Part shown: piece by piece, positions 47,951 through 57,853 of the stretch
Position numbering within the stretch: position 1 is the stretch's first letter
Layout: each line of letters opens with the position of its first letter
NCBI GenBank assembly: GCA_964525415.1
Contig: CAZGGZ010000004.1
Span: 6,758 to 70,757, forward strand
Direction: 5' to 3'
Length of the DNA stretch: 64,000 nt
Origin: an uncultured Rikenellaceae bacterium
GTDB lineage: Bacteria; Bacteroidota; Bacteroidia; Bacteroidales; VadinHA17
The notes under the pieces: model-generated
Told to the model about the DNA's origin: nothing
The model's input: only the letters and a program-made list of their open reading frames with translations
Databases searched by the model: none
Made by a program: the position numbers and the translations under genes

Positions 47951-50900
47951 ATGAGATTCAGATCCAACAGGGTACATGTAATCACCGCAGGGTGCTTTTT
48001 TTTATTCTCATTGCTGAGCCAGGGACAGACTTACAGCTTTAAGAACTATGGTACGGACAGCAAAATCCCCAACGGCTTCATTTATACACTAAACCAGGAT
48101 AACAACGGATATCTATGGGTTGGCACAGGTGAAGGCCTGGCCAAGTTTGATGGTTTCGAATTTTATAATATCACCTTTCCTGATTCCGCAGCAGGACGCT
48201 ATCCTACTGCAAGCCTGAAAGACATGCACGGGACTCTCTGGTTCGGATGCAACGACGGGACAGTATATTATGAAGATGGAGAAAACCTGAGATCGCTCAA
48301 AATACCAAATACAAGAACGATTAATGCGCTTCTCGAGGGAGACGAAGGCATGGTTTATATCGTTCCGCAGGGAGGATCAATTTTCAGGGTTAGTGCGTCA
48401 CAGCCCGACAAGGTGACCAAATATGAAATCCCGCAGGAGCTCATTATTTTTTCTGCGTCTTTTACTCAATCTGGCGATATCCTTCTGGGTACACAGGAAA
48501 ATATCCGGAGGTGCAGAATTGATGAAGGATCATTAAGTGTTATCGGCTTAATCGAAGGATTTGACTATTCAAGTGTAAACGCTATCCATAAACTGAAGGG
48601 TCAGGACAATTATCTGATCGGCACTGACGGCAACGGGCTGTTCCATCTGACCCTGTCTGAAAACGGAGATGTCCTCTCACGCTTCAAAGGCCGCCCTGAG
48701 CTTGATTACCTGACCATCCAGTCAATTACCAGTGATTCAGATAATTATTTCTGGATCTCAACATTTGAGACAGGAATACTGCAGTTATTGCTTTCACCGG
48801 ATGGTAATGACATTGCATCTGTCAGGTTCTTTAATAAGGAATCCGGACTTCCCGGCAATAATGTCAAGCTGGTATTCCAGGATATTGAAGGGAATTACTG
48901 GATGGGATTGTTCGGCGACGGATTGGCGCTGCTTAATTCGTATGCCTTCAGCTTTTATTCACCCGGACTTACCCCTGAAACGAACAATATAATATATGTA
49001 AACCAGATAGATCAGGATTATTTCCTGGGAACACCAACCGGATTCTATCTCTTTGACATAAACAATAACACGGTGAAATCATTCACTGACCTCATGCAGA
49101 GAACAGGTAAGAATGAAATCTCATCTTATTTTGTTGATAATGAGGAAAACATTTGGATCGGTACCAGGGGAGGAGGTCTGTTCTTAAGATCTGCATCAGG
49201 CAGCCTGAGACAATTTTACCGGTCAGGTGATTCAAGCGAGGATTATGTAATAGATATTGCTGTTGACGGGAAATATGTCTGGACAGGAAGTCTCAACGGT
49301 GTGGTTATTCTTGAGAGAAAATCCGGATCGGTAAAGGCAAAATACAATATAAACAATGGTTTGCCTCATAACATGATCAATCAACTCTTCCTGAAAAGGG
49401 ATGGGAACGCAGCGGTTGCGACCAGAACCGACAGATTGTATCTTATAGATCCTGAGACTGGTATAATACCGGGCAAGGCGATATTATACGGGACCGTCAT
49501 GAATGAAATCCTTTCATTCTGCCAGACAACTGAAGGAAATATATGGGCAGCGACGAAAGGCAACGGGATCTTCGAATTTTATGGTGATTCTGTAAGATCC
49601 TTTTCAAGGGCTGAAATGCTGATGTCGGATTACTGCTACAGTATCCTCGCCGATAAAGTCAACAGGATATGGATAGGTCATGACAGGGGTTTTTCAAGGT
49701 TTAACAGGAACACCGGCATAATGAGAACCTACGGAACTGATTTTGCACAGGGAGGCATGTGTAATACGGGCGGAATGTACGAATCGCCGGATGGGAAAGT
49801 TCTTATAGGAACGACTCAGGGACTGATCGTATATGACAGGCAGAAAGACAAGAAAACAAACACAGCACCTCACAACAATATAAATTATATAACAATTAAT
49901 GATGTAAGATATCCTTACAGGCCTTCTTATTCCCTTCCTTACAGCAAGAGATACAGTGTAAGGATAAATTATGTGGGTATTAATTTCAGTGATCCCGATA
50001 AGGTTTATTACCAGACACGGATGGTGAATTACGATAACGACTGGTCAAAAGTAACAACCGAAAGAGAGGTGCCCTATTCACTCAGTGACGGCAGGTACCA
50101 GTTCAACCTTATTTCCGTAAACGAAAGCGGAATGTCACAGGATACGCCGGTAACCTTTGATATTACCATAAAGAAACCTTTCTGGAGGACATGGTGGTTC
50201 ATATTATCATGCATTGCTTTAATAACGGGTATAATAATTATCATAGTAAAGGAGAGGGAAAAAGCCCACAAGAAGATACAATCATATCTCGAAACGGAAC
50301 TTGAAGCAAGGACCAGTGTTGTGATGAAGCAGAAAACAGAAATTGAGCTTCAGAATCTTGAGATTACCGACAGTATTAATTATGCAAAAAGGATCCAGAC
50401 AAGTATCCTTCCTGATTTCAACAGGCTGAAGGAAACATTCAGGGAAGCCTTCATTCTGTTCCGCCCGCGTGATATTGTAAGCGGTGACTTCTACTGGTTC
50501 GATAAGTTTGATGATGACAAGTTTGTGCTTGTATGTGCTGATTCCACAGGACATGGCGTACCTGGCGCCTTCATGTCGATGATTGGATCAACCCTGCTGC
50601 AGGATATAGTGTCACGTCAGAGAATATCAAAGCCTTCACAAGTGCTAACCATGCTTGATAAGCAGATCTTTTCGACCCTTAACCAGAACGTGGAGCTTGG
50701 TGTTTCGAATGATGGCATGGACCTGGTGGTTTGTGAAATAACGATAAGCACCAGGCATATCAGATTTGCATCAGCAATGCGTCCGGTGATTATCGTCCTT
50801 GGCGGAGAACCATATTATATTAAAGGCAACCGGGCGTCGGTGGGAGGAGAATCAGTGATCGAGAAATACTTTGACGATCAGGAGTATTATTTTAGTGAAG

Positions 50901-51115
50901 GTGATACTATTTATTTGTTCTCAGACGGTCTCCCTGACCAGTTTGGAGGAACAGAAGGCAAGAAAATGAAAATAGCAAGATTGAAGAAACTGATTGAAGA
51001 TGTTGCAGATCTTTCAATGGAAGGTCAGAAAGAGGTCATCTTAAAATTCTATGACGAATGGAAAGGCACCCATGACCAGGTGGATGATATCCTGCTTATC
51101 GGAATACGTCTTTGA
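47951..51115 (+). CDS. periplasmic two-component-regulator-propeller / Y_Y_Y sensor fused to cytoplasmic PP2C (SpoIIE/RsbU-type) phosphatase
   Basis: 1054 aa with a signal peptide. Many Reg_prop-like repeats (D..G.LW.GT..GL). Y_Y_Y module (YYQTRMVNYDNDWS...YSLSDGRYQFNLISVNESG). TM WWFILSCIALITGIIIIIV at about aa 747. A coiled coil, then PP2C blocks SGDFYWF, CADSTGHGVPGAFMSM and LFSDGLPDQFGG. Confidence 0.85.
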   Translation: MRFRSNRVHVITAGCFFLFSLLSQGQTYSFKNYGTDSKIPNGFIYTLNQDNNGYLWVGTGEGLAKFDGFEFYNITFPDSAAGRYPTASLKDMHGTLWFGCNDGTVYYEDGENLRSLKIPNTRTINALLEGDEGMVYIVPQGGSIFRVSASQPDKVTKYEIPQELIIFSASFTQSGDILLGTQENIRRCRIDEGSLSVIGLIEGFDYSSVNAIHKLKGQDNYLIGTDGNGLFHLTLSENGDVLSRFKGRPELDYLTIQSITSDSDNYFWISTFETGILQLLLSPDGNDIASVRFFNKESGLPGNNVKLVFQDIEGNYWMGLFGDGLALLNSYAFSFYSPGLTPETNNIIYVNQIDQDYFLGTPTGFYLFDINNNTVKSFTDLMQRTGKNEISSYFVDNEENIWIGTRGGGLFLRSASGSLRQFYRSGDSSEDYVIDIAVDGKYVWTGSLNGVVILERKSGSVKAKYNINNGLPHNMINQLFLKRDGNAAVATRTDRLYLIDPETGIIPGKAILYGTVMNEILSFCQTTEGNIWAATKGNGIFEFYGDSVRSFSRAEMLMSDYCYSILADKVNRIWIGHDRGFSRFNRNTGIMRTYGTDFAQGGMCNTGGMYESPDGKVLIGTTQGLIVYDRQKDKKTNTAPHNNINYITINDVRYPYRPSYSLPYSKRYSVRINYVGINFSDPDKVYYQTRMVNYDNDWSKVTTEREVPYSLSDGRYQFNLISVNESGMSQDTPVTFDITIKKPFWRTWWFILSCIALITGIIIIIVKEREKAHKKIQSYLETELEARTSVVMKQKTEIELQNLEITDSINYAKRIQTSILPDFNRLKETFREAFILFRPRDIVSGDFYWFDKFDDDKFVLVCADSTGHGVPGAFMSMIGSTLLQDIVSRQRISKPSQVLTMLDKQIFSTLNQNVELGVSNDGMDLVVCEITISTRHIRFASAMRPVIIVLGGEPYYIKGNRASVGGESVIEKYFDDQEYYFSEGDTIYLFSDGLPDQFGGTEGKKMKIARLKKLIEDVADLSMEGQKEVILKFYDEWKGTHDQVDDILLIGIRL

Positions 51116-51125
51116 TTAATCCCTT

Positions 51126-51641
51126 TTAATATACGCCATTAACAGACAAAGGTATCTCTGTTGTTGATACCGTATTGCTAAAATTCTCAGCCCTGTCCTT
51201 AAGGTAAAATTCATACATAAATGTGTCGTTGTCCTCACGCTCATAGAAAAGATAAATGAACGTTACTGATATGGTTCCTTTCAGGATTTTATTCTGACCT
51301 TCCCTTGACATATATGGTATCCTGTATGGTGAAGGCTTCATCGGATCATTATCAGGAACCTCAGTCATAACTCCCCCTGTTTTTCTGTAGAGAATGAAGA
51401 ACAGGTTTGTTGTATCCTGACCTGTTTCTTCAGGTGATGCCAGCCCCAGGTTACCATCGCCATCCTGGAAATAAAACTTTAGTCTTCCTCCCTTGCAGTT
51501 GTTTCCGAGGATATCAATAGTATCAAAGACAGCAAAACTCCTGTATTCAATATACGGTTCAGGGGGCAGATGCTGGATCTTTGCACATGATCCGGTCAGT
51601 ATAATGATAATCAATGATATTAAGATGACGGCTCTTCTCAT
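51126..51641 (-). CDS. hypothetical lipoprotein
   Basis: 171 aa with lipoprotein signal MRRAVILISLIIIILTGSC. No family recognised. Last gene of the co-directional rlu-era-der run. Confidence 0.55.
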   Translation of the reverse strand: MRRAVILISLIIIILTGSCAKIQHLPPEPYIEYRSFAVFDTIDILGNNCKGGRLKFYFQDGDGNLGLASPEETGQDTTNLFFILYRKTGGVMTEVPDNDPMKPSPYRIPYMSREGQNKILKGTISVTFIYLFYEREDNDTFMYEFYLKDRAENFSNTVSTTEIPLSVNGVY

Positions 51642-51690
51642 GGTTCCTCTTATAACAACCTTTTTTGCACAAAAACCACACCAAATTTGG

Positions 51691-52995
51691 TTATTTTTTT
51701 CTGAAAAATATCCTCAACGGTATCCCTTTAAATTCAAAATTCTCCCTCATCCTGTTTTCTATGAACCTTCGGTAGGATTCTTTTATATACTGCGGAAGGT
51801 TACAGAAAAACGCAAAACAAGGAGTGCCGGCAGGCAGCTGGGTAACATATTTTATCCTGATATGTTTGCCTTTCAGTGAAGGAGGAGGGTTGTTCCTGAT
51901 AATTTCAAGCATAATCTCATTAAGCTCTGAAGTGGATATTTTCCTTTTCCTGTTGCTGTTGACATTTTCAATAATATCAAGCACCTTGTGTATCCTCTGC
52001 TTGTTAATAGCGGAAATAAAAAGGATATCATAATCGGTAAACGGTGCAGTCTTCTCTTTTATTTCCTTTTCAATGTGTTTTGCCGTATTATTGTCTTTTT
52101 CAACAAGATCCCATTTATTGACAAGTACAATCAGTCCCTTGCTGTTCTTCAGTATAAGCGACATGATATTAATATCCTGGGCTTCAATTCCCCTGGTTCC
52201 ATCAATAAGAAGAAGACAGATATCGGAATTTTCTATTGTCCTTACAGCTCTCATCACCGAATAGAATTCAATATCCTCGCTGACCTTTGATTTCTTCCTT
52301 AAGCCTGCAGTATCAACAAGGAAGAAATCGTGATTGTATTTATTATATCTCGTGTAGATTGAATCACGGGTAGTTCCCGGCAGGGGAGTGACAATGTTTC
52401 TCTCTTCCCCCAGGAGTGAATTGACGAGTGATGATTTGCCGACGTTTGGTCTTCCCACTATTGCAATACGGGGTATATCAGGAGATATTACAGGAGATGT
52501 GCCCGGCAGATCCTTTACGACCGCGTCAAGGAGATCACCTGTACCGCTGCCACTTATTGAGCTGACCGTGAAATAACCGCCGAGTCCGAGAGAATAGAAC
52601 TCGCTGGCATCAAACAGCCTCTCAGAATTGTCGACCTTATTCACCACCAGAAGGACCTTCTTCCCTGATTTTCTGAGCAGATCTGCAACCGAAACATCAA
52701 GGTCATGAACACCTGCTATGACATCGACCATGAACAGGATAAGGTCAGACTCTTCAATTGCAAGCAGTACCTGCTTATTGATCTCCTCTTCAAAGATATC
52801 ATCGGAATTCATCACATAACCGCCGGTGTCGATGACTGAGAAATCAACACCATTCCAGGTGCAGATGCCATAATTGCGGTCGCGCGTTACACCGCTGATC
52901 TCATCAACAATTGCTTCCCTGGTATCGGTGAGCCTGTTGAACAATGTTGATTTTCCAACGTTCGGCCTGCCTATTATTGCAACAATTCTGCTCAT
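51691..52995 (-). CDS. der: ribosome biogenesis GTPase Der (EngA)
   Basis: Two tandem G domains ([12 protein letters not shown] and [12 protein letters not shown]; DTGG and DTAG; NKVD and NKWD) plus a KH-like C-terminus. Confidence 0.95.
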   Translation of the reverse strand: MSRIVAIIGRPNVGKSTLFNRLTDTREAIVDEISGVTRDRNYGICTWNGVDFSVIDTGGYVMNSDDIFEEEINKQVLLAIEESDLILFMVDVIAGVHDLDVSVADLLRKSGKKVLLVVNKVDNSERLFDASEFYSLGLGGYFTVSSISGSGTGDLLDAVVKDLPGTSPVISPDIPRIAIVGRPNVGKSSLVNSLLGEERNIVTPLPGTTRDSIYTRYNKYNHDFFLVDTAGLRKKSKVSEDIEFYSVMRAVRTIENSDICLLLIDGTRGIEAQDINIMSLILKNSKGLIVLVNKWDLVEKDNNTAKHIEKEIKEKTAPFTDYDILFISAINKQRIHKVLDIIENVNSNRKRKISTSELNEIMLEIIRNNPPPSLKGKHIRIKYVTQLPAGTPCFAFFCNLPQYIKESYRRFIENRMRENFEFKGIPLRIFFRKK

Positions 52996-53014
52996 TTATA
53001 CGTATAATATATTA

Positions 53015-53893
53015 TCAGCGATATCCGAATCTCTTCAGCACTACCGGCTTGTCACGCCAGTCTTTTGTTACCTTCACATATAATTCAAGGAAGATCTTCT
53101 TTCCGAAAAAGCTTTCCATATCATGTCTTGCTTCAGTGCCTACTTTCTTAAGCATCGAACCCTTGTGCCCTATTAGAATTCCTTTCTGACTATCACGGGC
53201 AACATGGATAACCGCCCTGATATTTAATATTTTTTCTTCATTCTTAAAGCTTTCTATTTCCACCTCAACGCAATACGGAACCTCTTTCCTGTAGCTGACA
53301 AGGATTTTTTCCCGGAGTATTTCTGAAGCAAAGAACCGTTCATATCTGTCGGTAAGCTGATCTTTCGGGAAATAAGGCTCTCCCTCAGGCAACCTGCTCA
53401 GCACAGCATTAAGAAGTGTGTCAAGATTGAATCTGTTCAAAGCTGAGACAGGTATTACAGGCGATAGCGGAAATAATTCTTTCCATATTCCTGTTATTTT
53501 TTCCAGCTCATCCTGGTTCGAAAGATCTATCTTATTTACAGCTATGATGACCGGGATTCCCGCATCTTTTATTTTCTCCTTAAACTCTCTTTCACCGGAA
53601 GGATTTTCTTTTATGTCAGTTACATAAAGTATTACATCGGCATCAGTCAGGGCGGTTTTAACGAAATTCATCATAGCCTCCTGGAGCTTGTATTGCGGCT
53701 TTATTATACCTGGTGTGTCAGAATAAACAATCTGGAAATCTTCCCCGTTGACGATACCCATTATGCGGTGCCTGGTGGTCTGCGCCTTGGAAGTGATTAT
53801 TGAAAGCTTTTCACCGACCAGGGCATTCATGATTGTCGATTTCCCGACATTGGGATTACCGAGGATATTTACAAAACCTGACCTGTGACTCAT
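53015..53893 (-). CDS. era: GTPase Era
   Basis: G1 GNPNVGKST, DTPG and NKID motifs, and a C-terminal KH domain (GHKGSMLKKVGTEAR). Confidence 0.95.
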   Translation of the reverse strand: MSHRSGFVNILGNPNVGKSTIMNALVGEKLSIITSKAQTTRHRIMGIVNGEDFQIVYSDTPGIIKPQYKLQEAMMNFVKTALTDADVILYVTDIKENPSGEREFKEKIKDAGIPVIIAVNKIDLSNQDELEKITGIWKELFPLSPVIPVSALNRFNLDTLLNAVLSRLPEGEPYFPKDQLTDRYERFFASEILREKILVSYRKEVPYCVEVEIESFKNEEKILNIRAVIHVARDSQKGILIGHKGSMLKKVGTEARHDMESFFGKKIFLELYVKVTKDWRDKPVVLKRFGYR

Positions 53894-53902
53894 TGTGCGC
53901 AG

Positions 53903-54649
53903 TTAAAAAATACCTCTTTTCAGCATTATTATCTCCTTCTGCGTCAGGAACCTCCATTTTCCCCTTGGCAGGTTTTTCTTTGTAAGCCCCGCAAAATAGA
54001 CCCTGTCAAGCTTTTTAACTTTGTAGCCAAGTGATTCAAACATCCTCCTGACAACCCTGTTCTGTCCTGAATGAAGCTCTATGCCAATCTGTGTCCGGTC
54101 CTCCTGGTCAGCATAGGATACCGCATCGGCCGCAACCAATCCGTCTTCAAGCTGAATCCCTTCCGAAAGCCTGAAGAGATCTTCCTTTAATACAACTTTA
54201 TCAAGAAAAACATGATAAACCTTCTTTCTGTTATATTTCGGATGTGTCAGCTTTCCGGTAAGGTCGCCGTCATTTGTAAGGAGTAGAACTCCGGTCGTAT
54301 TTTTATCAAGTCTCCCGACAGGGTAAACTCTCTCCCGGCAGGCATCCCCGATAAGGTCAAGGACTGTCTGATCAGCATGAGGATCTTCCACGGTTGTCAC
54401 ATAACCTTTGGGCTTGTTTAAAAGGATATATACCTTTTTCTCCGCTGAGAGGCTTCTTCCTTTGTATTTCACAACATCATCATATGTGACTTTTGTGCCC
54501 AGATCAGTGATCTTCTTTCCGTTTACGGTTATTAACCCTTTACGGATGATCTCATCAGCTTCCCTCCGGGAACAAACCCCGCTGTTGGCAATGAACCTGT
54601 TAAGCCTTATGATCTCCGGTACTTTTTTCCCCGATCCTGTTTGTCCCAT
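53903..54649 (-). CDS. rRNA pseudouridine synthase (RsuA/RluB/RluF family) with S4 domain
   Basis: S4 motif (RLNRFIANSGVCSRREADEII) and the catalytic block PVGRLDKNTTGVLLLTNDG. Confidence 0.88.
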   Translation of the reverse strand: MGQTGSGKKVPEIIRLNRFIANSGVCSRREADEIIRKGLITVNGKKITDLGTKVTYDDVVKYKGRSLSAEKKVYILLNKPKGYVTTVEDPHADQTVLDLIGDACRERVYPVGRLDKNTTGVLLLTNDGDLTGKLTHPKYNRKKVYHVFLDKVVLKEDLFRLSEGIQLEDGLVAADAVSYADQEDRTQIGIELHSGQNRVVRRMFESLGYKVKKLDRVYFAGLTKKNLPRGKWRFLTQKEIIMLKRGIF

Positions 54650-54668
54650 TTAACCATTTATTCGGCTG

Positions 54669-54676
54669 CAAAGGTA
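54669..54676 (-). promoter_or_regulatory. candidate -7 promoter box (TACCTTTG) for the rlu-era-der unit
   Basis: The minus strand reads TACCTTTG, 20 nt upstream of the ATG at 54649. Confidence 0.45.
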
Positions 54677-54741
54677 CAATTATTTGGTAATTTACTGTTT
54701 AAGGTTTTTTTCGCACCTTTGTTGTTCTGAAAAAGAATGAT

Positions 54742-56124
54742 ATGCCATTAATAAAATCAATTTCAGGGATAAGAGGTACTATAGGCGGAAAACCGGGAGA
54801 AAGCCTTACACCTGTTGATATTATAAAATTTACTGCTGCCTTCGGCTCATGGATCAGGATGAGAAGCTCAGATATTCCTGTAACAATGGTTACAGGCCGT
54901 GACGCCAGGAGGTCCGGACCGATGGTCAGCAGCCTGGTAATAACCACTTTACAAAGCCTGGGGATCAATGTTACCGATCTTGGAATGGCAACCACACCGA
55001 CAGTTGAAATAGCAGTTGCCGGCACTGAAGCCAGGGGAGGTATTATTATCACGGCAAGTCATAATCCTGCCCAGTGGAACGCCCTGAAGCTGTTAAACGA
55101 AAATGGTGAATTCCTCTCCGCATCTGACGGCGAAGAGGTATTGAAAATGGCGGCATCAGAGCAGTTTGAGTTCGTTCCTTCAGGTTCTGAAGGGACACTT
55201 TTTAACGATGATTCATGGGGTATGAAGCATATAAACAAGATACTTGATCTGGATCTTGTGGACTGCGATGCAATAAGTAAAGCAGGATTCACTGTTGCCG
55301 TTGACTCTGTCAATTCAGTCGGCGGAATAATAGTTCCGCAGCTTCTGAAAGCGCTGGGTGTAAAAAAAGTAACAGGCCTGAACCTGACTCCTGACGGTAA
55401 TTTTGCGCATAATCCCGAACCTCTGCCGGAGAATCTTAAAGATATCTCAGATCTTGTCAAAAGGGAAAAAGCTGACCTTGGATTTGTTGTGGATCCTGAT
55501 GTCGACAGGCTTGCCGTTGTTTGCGAGGACGGCACATTGTTCGGAGAGGAATATACGCTTGTAGCTGTATCTGATTTCATTCTGGGTAACACTCCGGGAA
55601 GTACAGTATCAAACTTATCATCCACAAGGGCTCTTAAAGATATCACTGAAAAACATGGCTGCAGGTATTTCTCATCAGCCGTTGGGGAAGTGAATGTGGT
55701 TGAGGAGATGAAAAGAAGAGGATCCGTAATAGGGGGTGAAGGGAATGGGGGAGTTATATATCCCGCACTTCATTACGGACGTGATGCACTCGCCGGCATT
55801 GCACTTTTCCTGACGCATCTCGCAAAAAGCGGATTAAAATGCTCTGAACTCCGGAAGAAATATCCCAACTATGTCATTGCCAAGAAAAGAATCCCCCTTG
55901 ACCCGGGAAGGAATTTCAAAGTAATTCTTGATGCAGTAAGGAAAGAATTCCATGACGGGGAGATTGATGAGAGGGACGGAATGAAAATAGAATATCCTTA
56001 CGGATGGGTTCAGCTACGGATGTCAAACACTGAACCCATAATGCGTATCTATGCTGAGGGCAGGACCCTGGAAGAGGCAGATAATCTGGCTGATAAGGTC
56101 ATTTCAATTGTTAATAAACTCTAA
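54742..56124 (+). CDS. glmM: phosphoglucosamine mutase (alpha-D-phosphohexomutase family)
   Basis: N-terminus MPLIKSISGIRGTIGG, phosphoserine loop TASHNP, and metal loop VDPDVDR. The glmM assignment follows the usual Bacteroidota annotation of this 460-aa form. Confidence 0.85.
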   Translation: MPLIKSISGIRGTIGGKPGESLTPVDIIKFTAAFGSWIRMRSSDIPVTMVTGRDARRSGPMVSSLVITTLQSLGINVTDLGMATTPTVEIAVAGTEARGGIIITASHNPAQWNALKLLNENGEFLSASDGEEVLKMAASEQFEFVPSGSEGTLFNDDSWGMKHINKILDLDLVDCDAISKAGFTVAVDSVNSVGGIIVPQLLKALGVKKVTGLNLTPDGNFAHNPEPLPENLKDISDLVKREKADLGFVVDPDVDRLAVVCEDGTLFGEEYTLVAVSDFILGNTPGSTVSNLSSTRALKDITEKHGCRYFSSAVGEVNVVEEMKRRGSVIGGEGNGGVIYPALHYGRDALAGIALFLTHLAKSGLKCSELRKKYPNYVIAKKRIPLDPGRNFKVILDAVRKEFHDGEIDERDGMKIEYPYGWVQLRMSNTEPIMRIYAEGRTLEEADNLADKVISIVNKL

Positions 56125-56251
56125 ATCTGTTTCGTTTTTTCAAGAGATCAGGAATAAACTCACCCTGACGGATGTCTTTAATGATGAACAAAGACCTGGA
56201 TCAGTGATGTTAAATATTGTTAATGCATACTGTTCAGAGGTCTGTTTTAGA

Positions 56252-56259
56252 TAATTTTG
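56252..56259 (+). promoter_or_regulatory. candidate -7 promoter box (TAATTTTG) for the exporter operon
   Basis: Exact TAnnTTTG match 38 nt upstream of the ATG at 56298. Confidence 0.45.
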
Positions 56260-56297
56260 CAGCGGTTTTTGAGATAATCATATAAGAAGAACATATT

Positions 56298-57836
56298 ATG
56301 AAGAAAACACTTATCATCACAGCTATTGTTGCAGTTGCAGCCATTGTTGCCATTATTATTATCAACAGGGCATCTTCGAAAAAGGATATTTCCAATCTTT
56401 TTGTCAAGGCACAGAGAGGACAGTTTGATATTATTGTCACGACTACTGGTGAACTGCAGGCTGAGAATTCAACCGATATAATAGGTCCTGATTTTGCACA
56501 GAGCAGGATGATCAGGGCTATGGATATCAAGATCACTGACCTGGTGCCTGAGGGTACAGAGGTAAAGGAAGGGGATTATGTTGCAGAGCTTGACAGAACG
56601 TCATTTGATAACAGCCTGAAGGATGAACTGGAACGGCTTGTAACATACGAAACCAACCTGGAGGTCAAGATACTTGATACAGCGGTTTCCCTGAGCAACC
56701 TCAGGGATAATATAAAAAACCTGAGGTTTGCTGTTGAAGAGGCACATATTACACTCCAGGAATCAAAATATGAACCTCCTACTACCATTCGCCAGGCTGA
56801 AATAGCCCTGGATAAGGCAAACCGTTCCCTTGAGCAGTCAATAAGAGGATATGAGCTGAAAGTTGAACAGGCCCGCTCCGATATGAGAACAATCAAAAAC
56901 CAGCTGGCAGAACAGCGCCAGAGAGTTGCAGACCTCCAGAAAGTGCTTTCAAAATTCGTGATCACTGCACCTTCATCAGGAATGGTAATCTACAAGAGAG
57001 ACAGAACCGGAACAAAGAGAAAGGTAGGCTCATCAATCAGCCCGTGGGATAATGTTGTTGCTACCCTGCCCGATATGACAAGCATGATATCAAAAACATA
57101 TGTGAATGAGATTGATGTCAGTAAGGTAAAGATGGGCCAGAAAGTTGAAGTATTAGTTGATGCATTTCCTGAAAAGAAATATACCGGTACTGTTACAAGT
57201 GTTGCAAACATAGGAGAACAGCTTCCAAATGCTGATGCCAAGGTATTTGAAGTGCTTGTAAAAGTTGATGGTTCTGATCTGATCCTCAGACCATCAATGA
57301 CAACAGGAAATAAGGTCATTACCAAAACAATCAGTGATGTGACTTATATCCCTCTGGAAAGCGTGATGACCGGAGCCGATTCGATTCCTTTCGTTTTACT
57401 GAAGAACGGCACCAAACAGATTGTTGTTCTTGGAGAATCCAATGAAAATAATATAGTTGTTGAGCAGGGTATAGAACCCGGGACGCAGATCTATCTTAAC
57501 ACCCCTGAAGAACCCGAGAAATTCACCAGGCTTGCCGGTACCGAACTTATAGAAGTTATCAAACAGAAGGAAAAGGAAAAGAGGGAAGCAGAAAAAAGGG
57601 CAAATATGGAAGCACAGAGAGGCTTCGGCGGAATGCCTGGTGGGAGGGAGATGACTCCTGAAATGATGCAGCAATTCCAGCAGATGAGAGGCAATATGCA
57701 GCAAGGACAGGGCAGGCAGATGGATACTGCAATGATAAGAAGATTCCAGCAGATGCGTAGAAATACGCCGCAGCAGGGTCAGCCGGGACAGACACAACCG
57801 GTACCACAAACCCAGCAGACTCCAGTTAACAGGTAA
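56298..57836 (+). CDS. periplasmic adaptor (membrane fusion protein, MacA/HlyD-like) with Met/Gln-rich C-terminal tail
   Basis: N-terminal TM, a coiled-coil hairpin region, and beta-barrel/lipoyl-like segments (VITAPSSGMVIY). The last ~60 aa are low-complexity and M/Q-rich. Confidence 0.85.
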   Translation: MKKTLIITAIVAVAAIVAIIIINRASSKKDISNLFVKAQRGQFDIIVTTTGELQAENSTDIIGPDFAQSRMIRAMDIKITDLVPEGTEVKEGDYVAELDRTSFDNSLKDELERLVTYETNLEVKILDTAVSLSNLRDNIKNLRFAVEEAHITLQESKYEPPTTIRQAEIALDKANRSLEQSIRGYELKVEQARSDMRTIKNQLAEQRQRVADLQKVLSKFVITAPSSGMVIYKRDRTGTKRKVGSSISPWDNVVATLPDMTSMISKTYVNEIDVSKVKMGQKVEVLVDAFPEKKYTGTVTSVANIGEQLPNADAKVFEVLVKVDGSDLILRPSMTTGNKVITKTISDVTYIPLESVMTGADSIPFVLLKNGTKQIVVLGESNENNIVVEQGIEPGTQIYLNTPEEPEKFTRLAGTELIEVIKQKEKEKREAEKRANMEAQRGFGGMPGGREMTPEMMQQFQQMRGNMQQGQGRQMDTAMIRRFQQMRRNTPQQGQPGQTQPVPQTQQTPVNR

Positions 57837-57853
57837 TTAAAACAGGGAATAAT

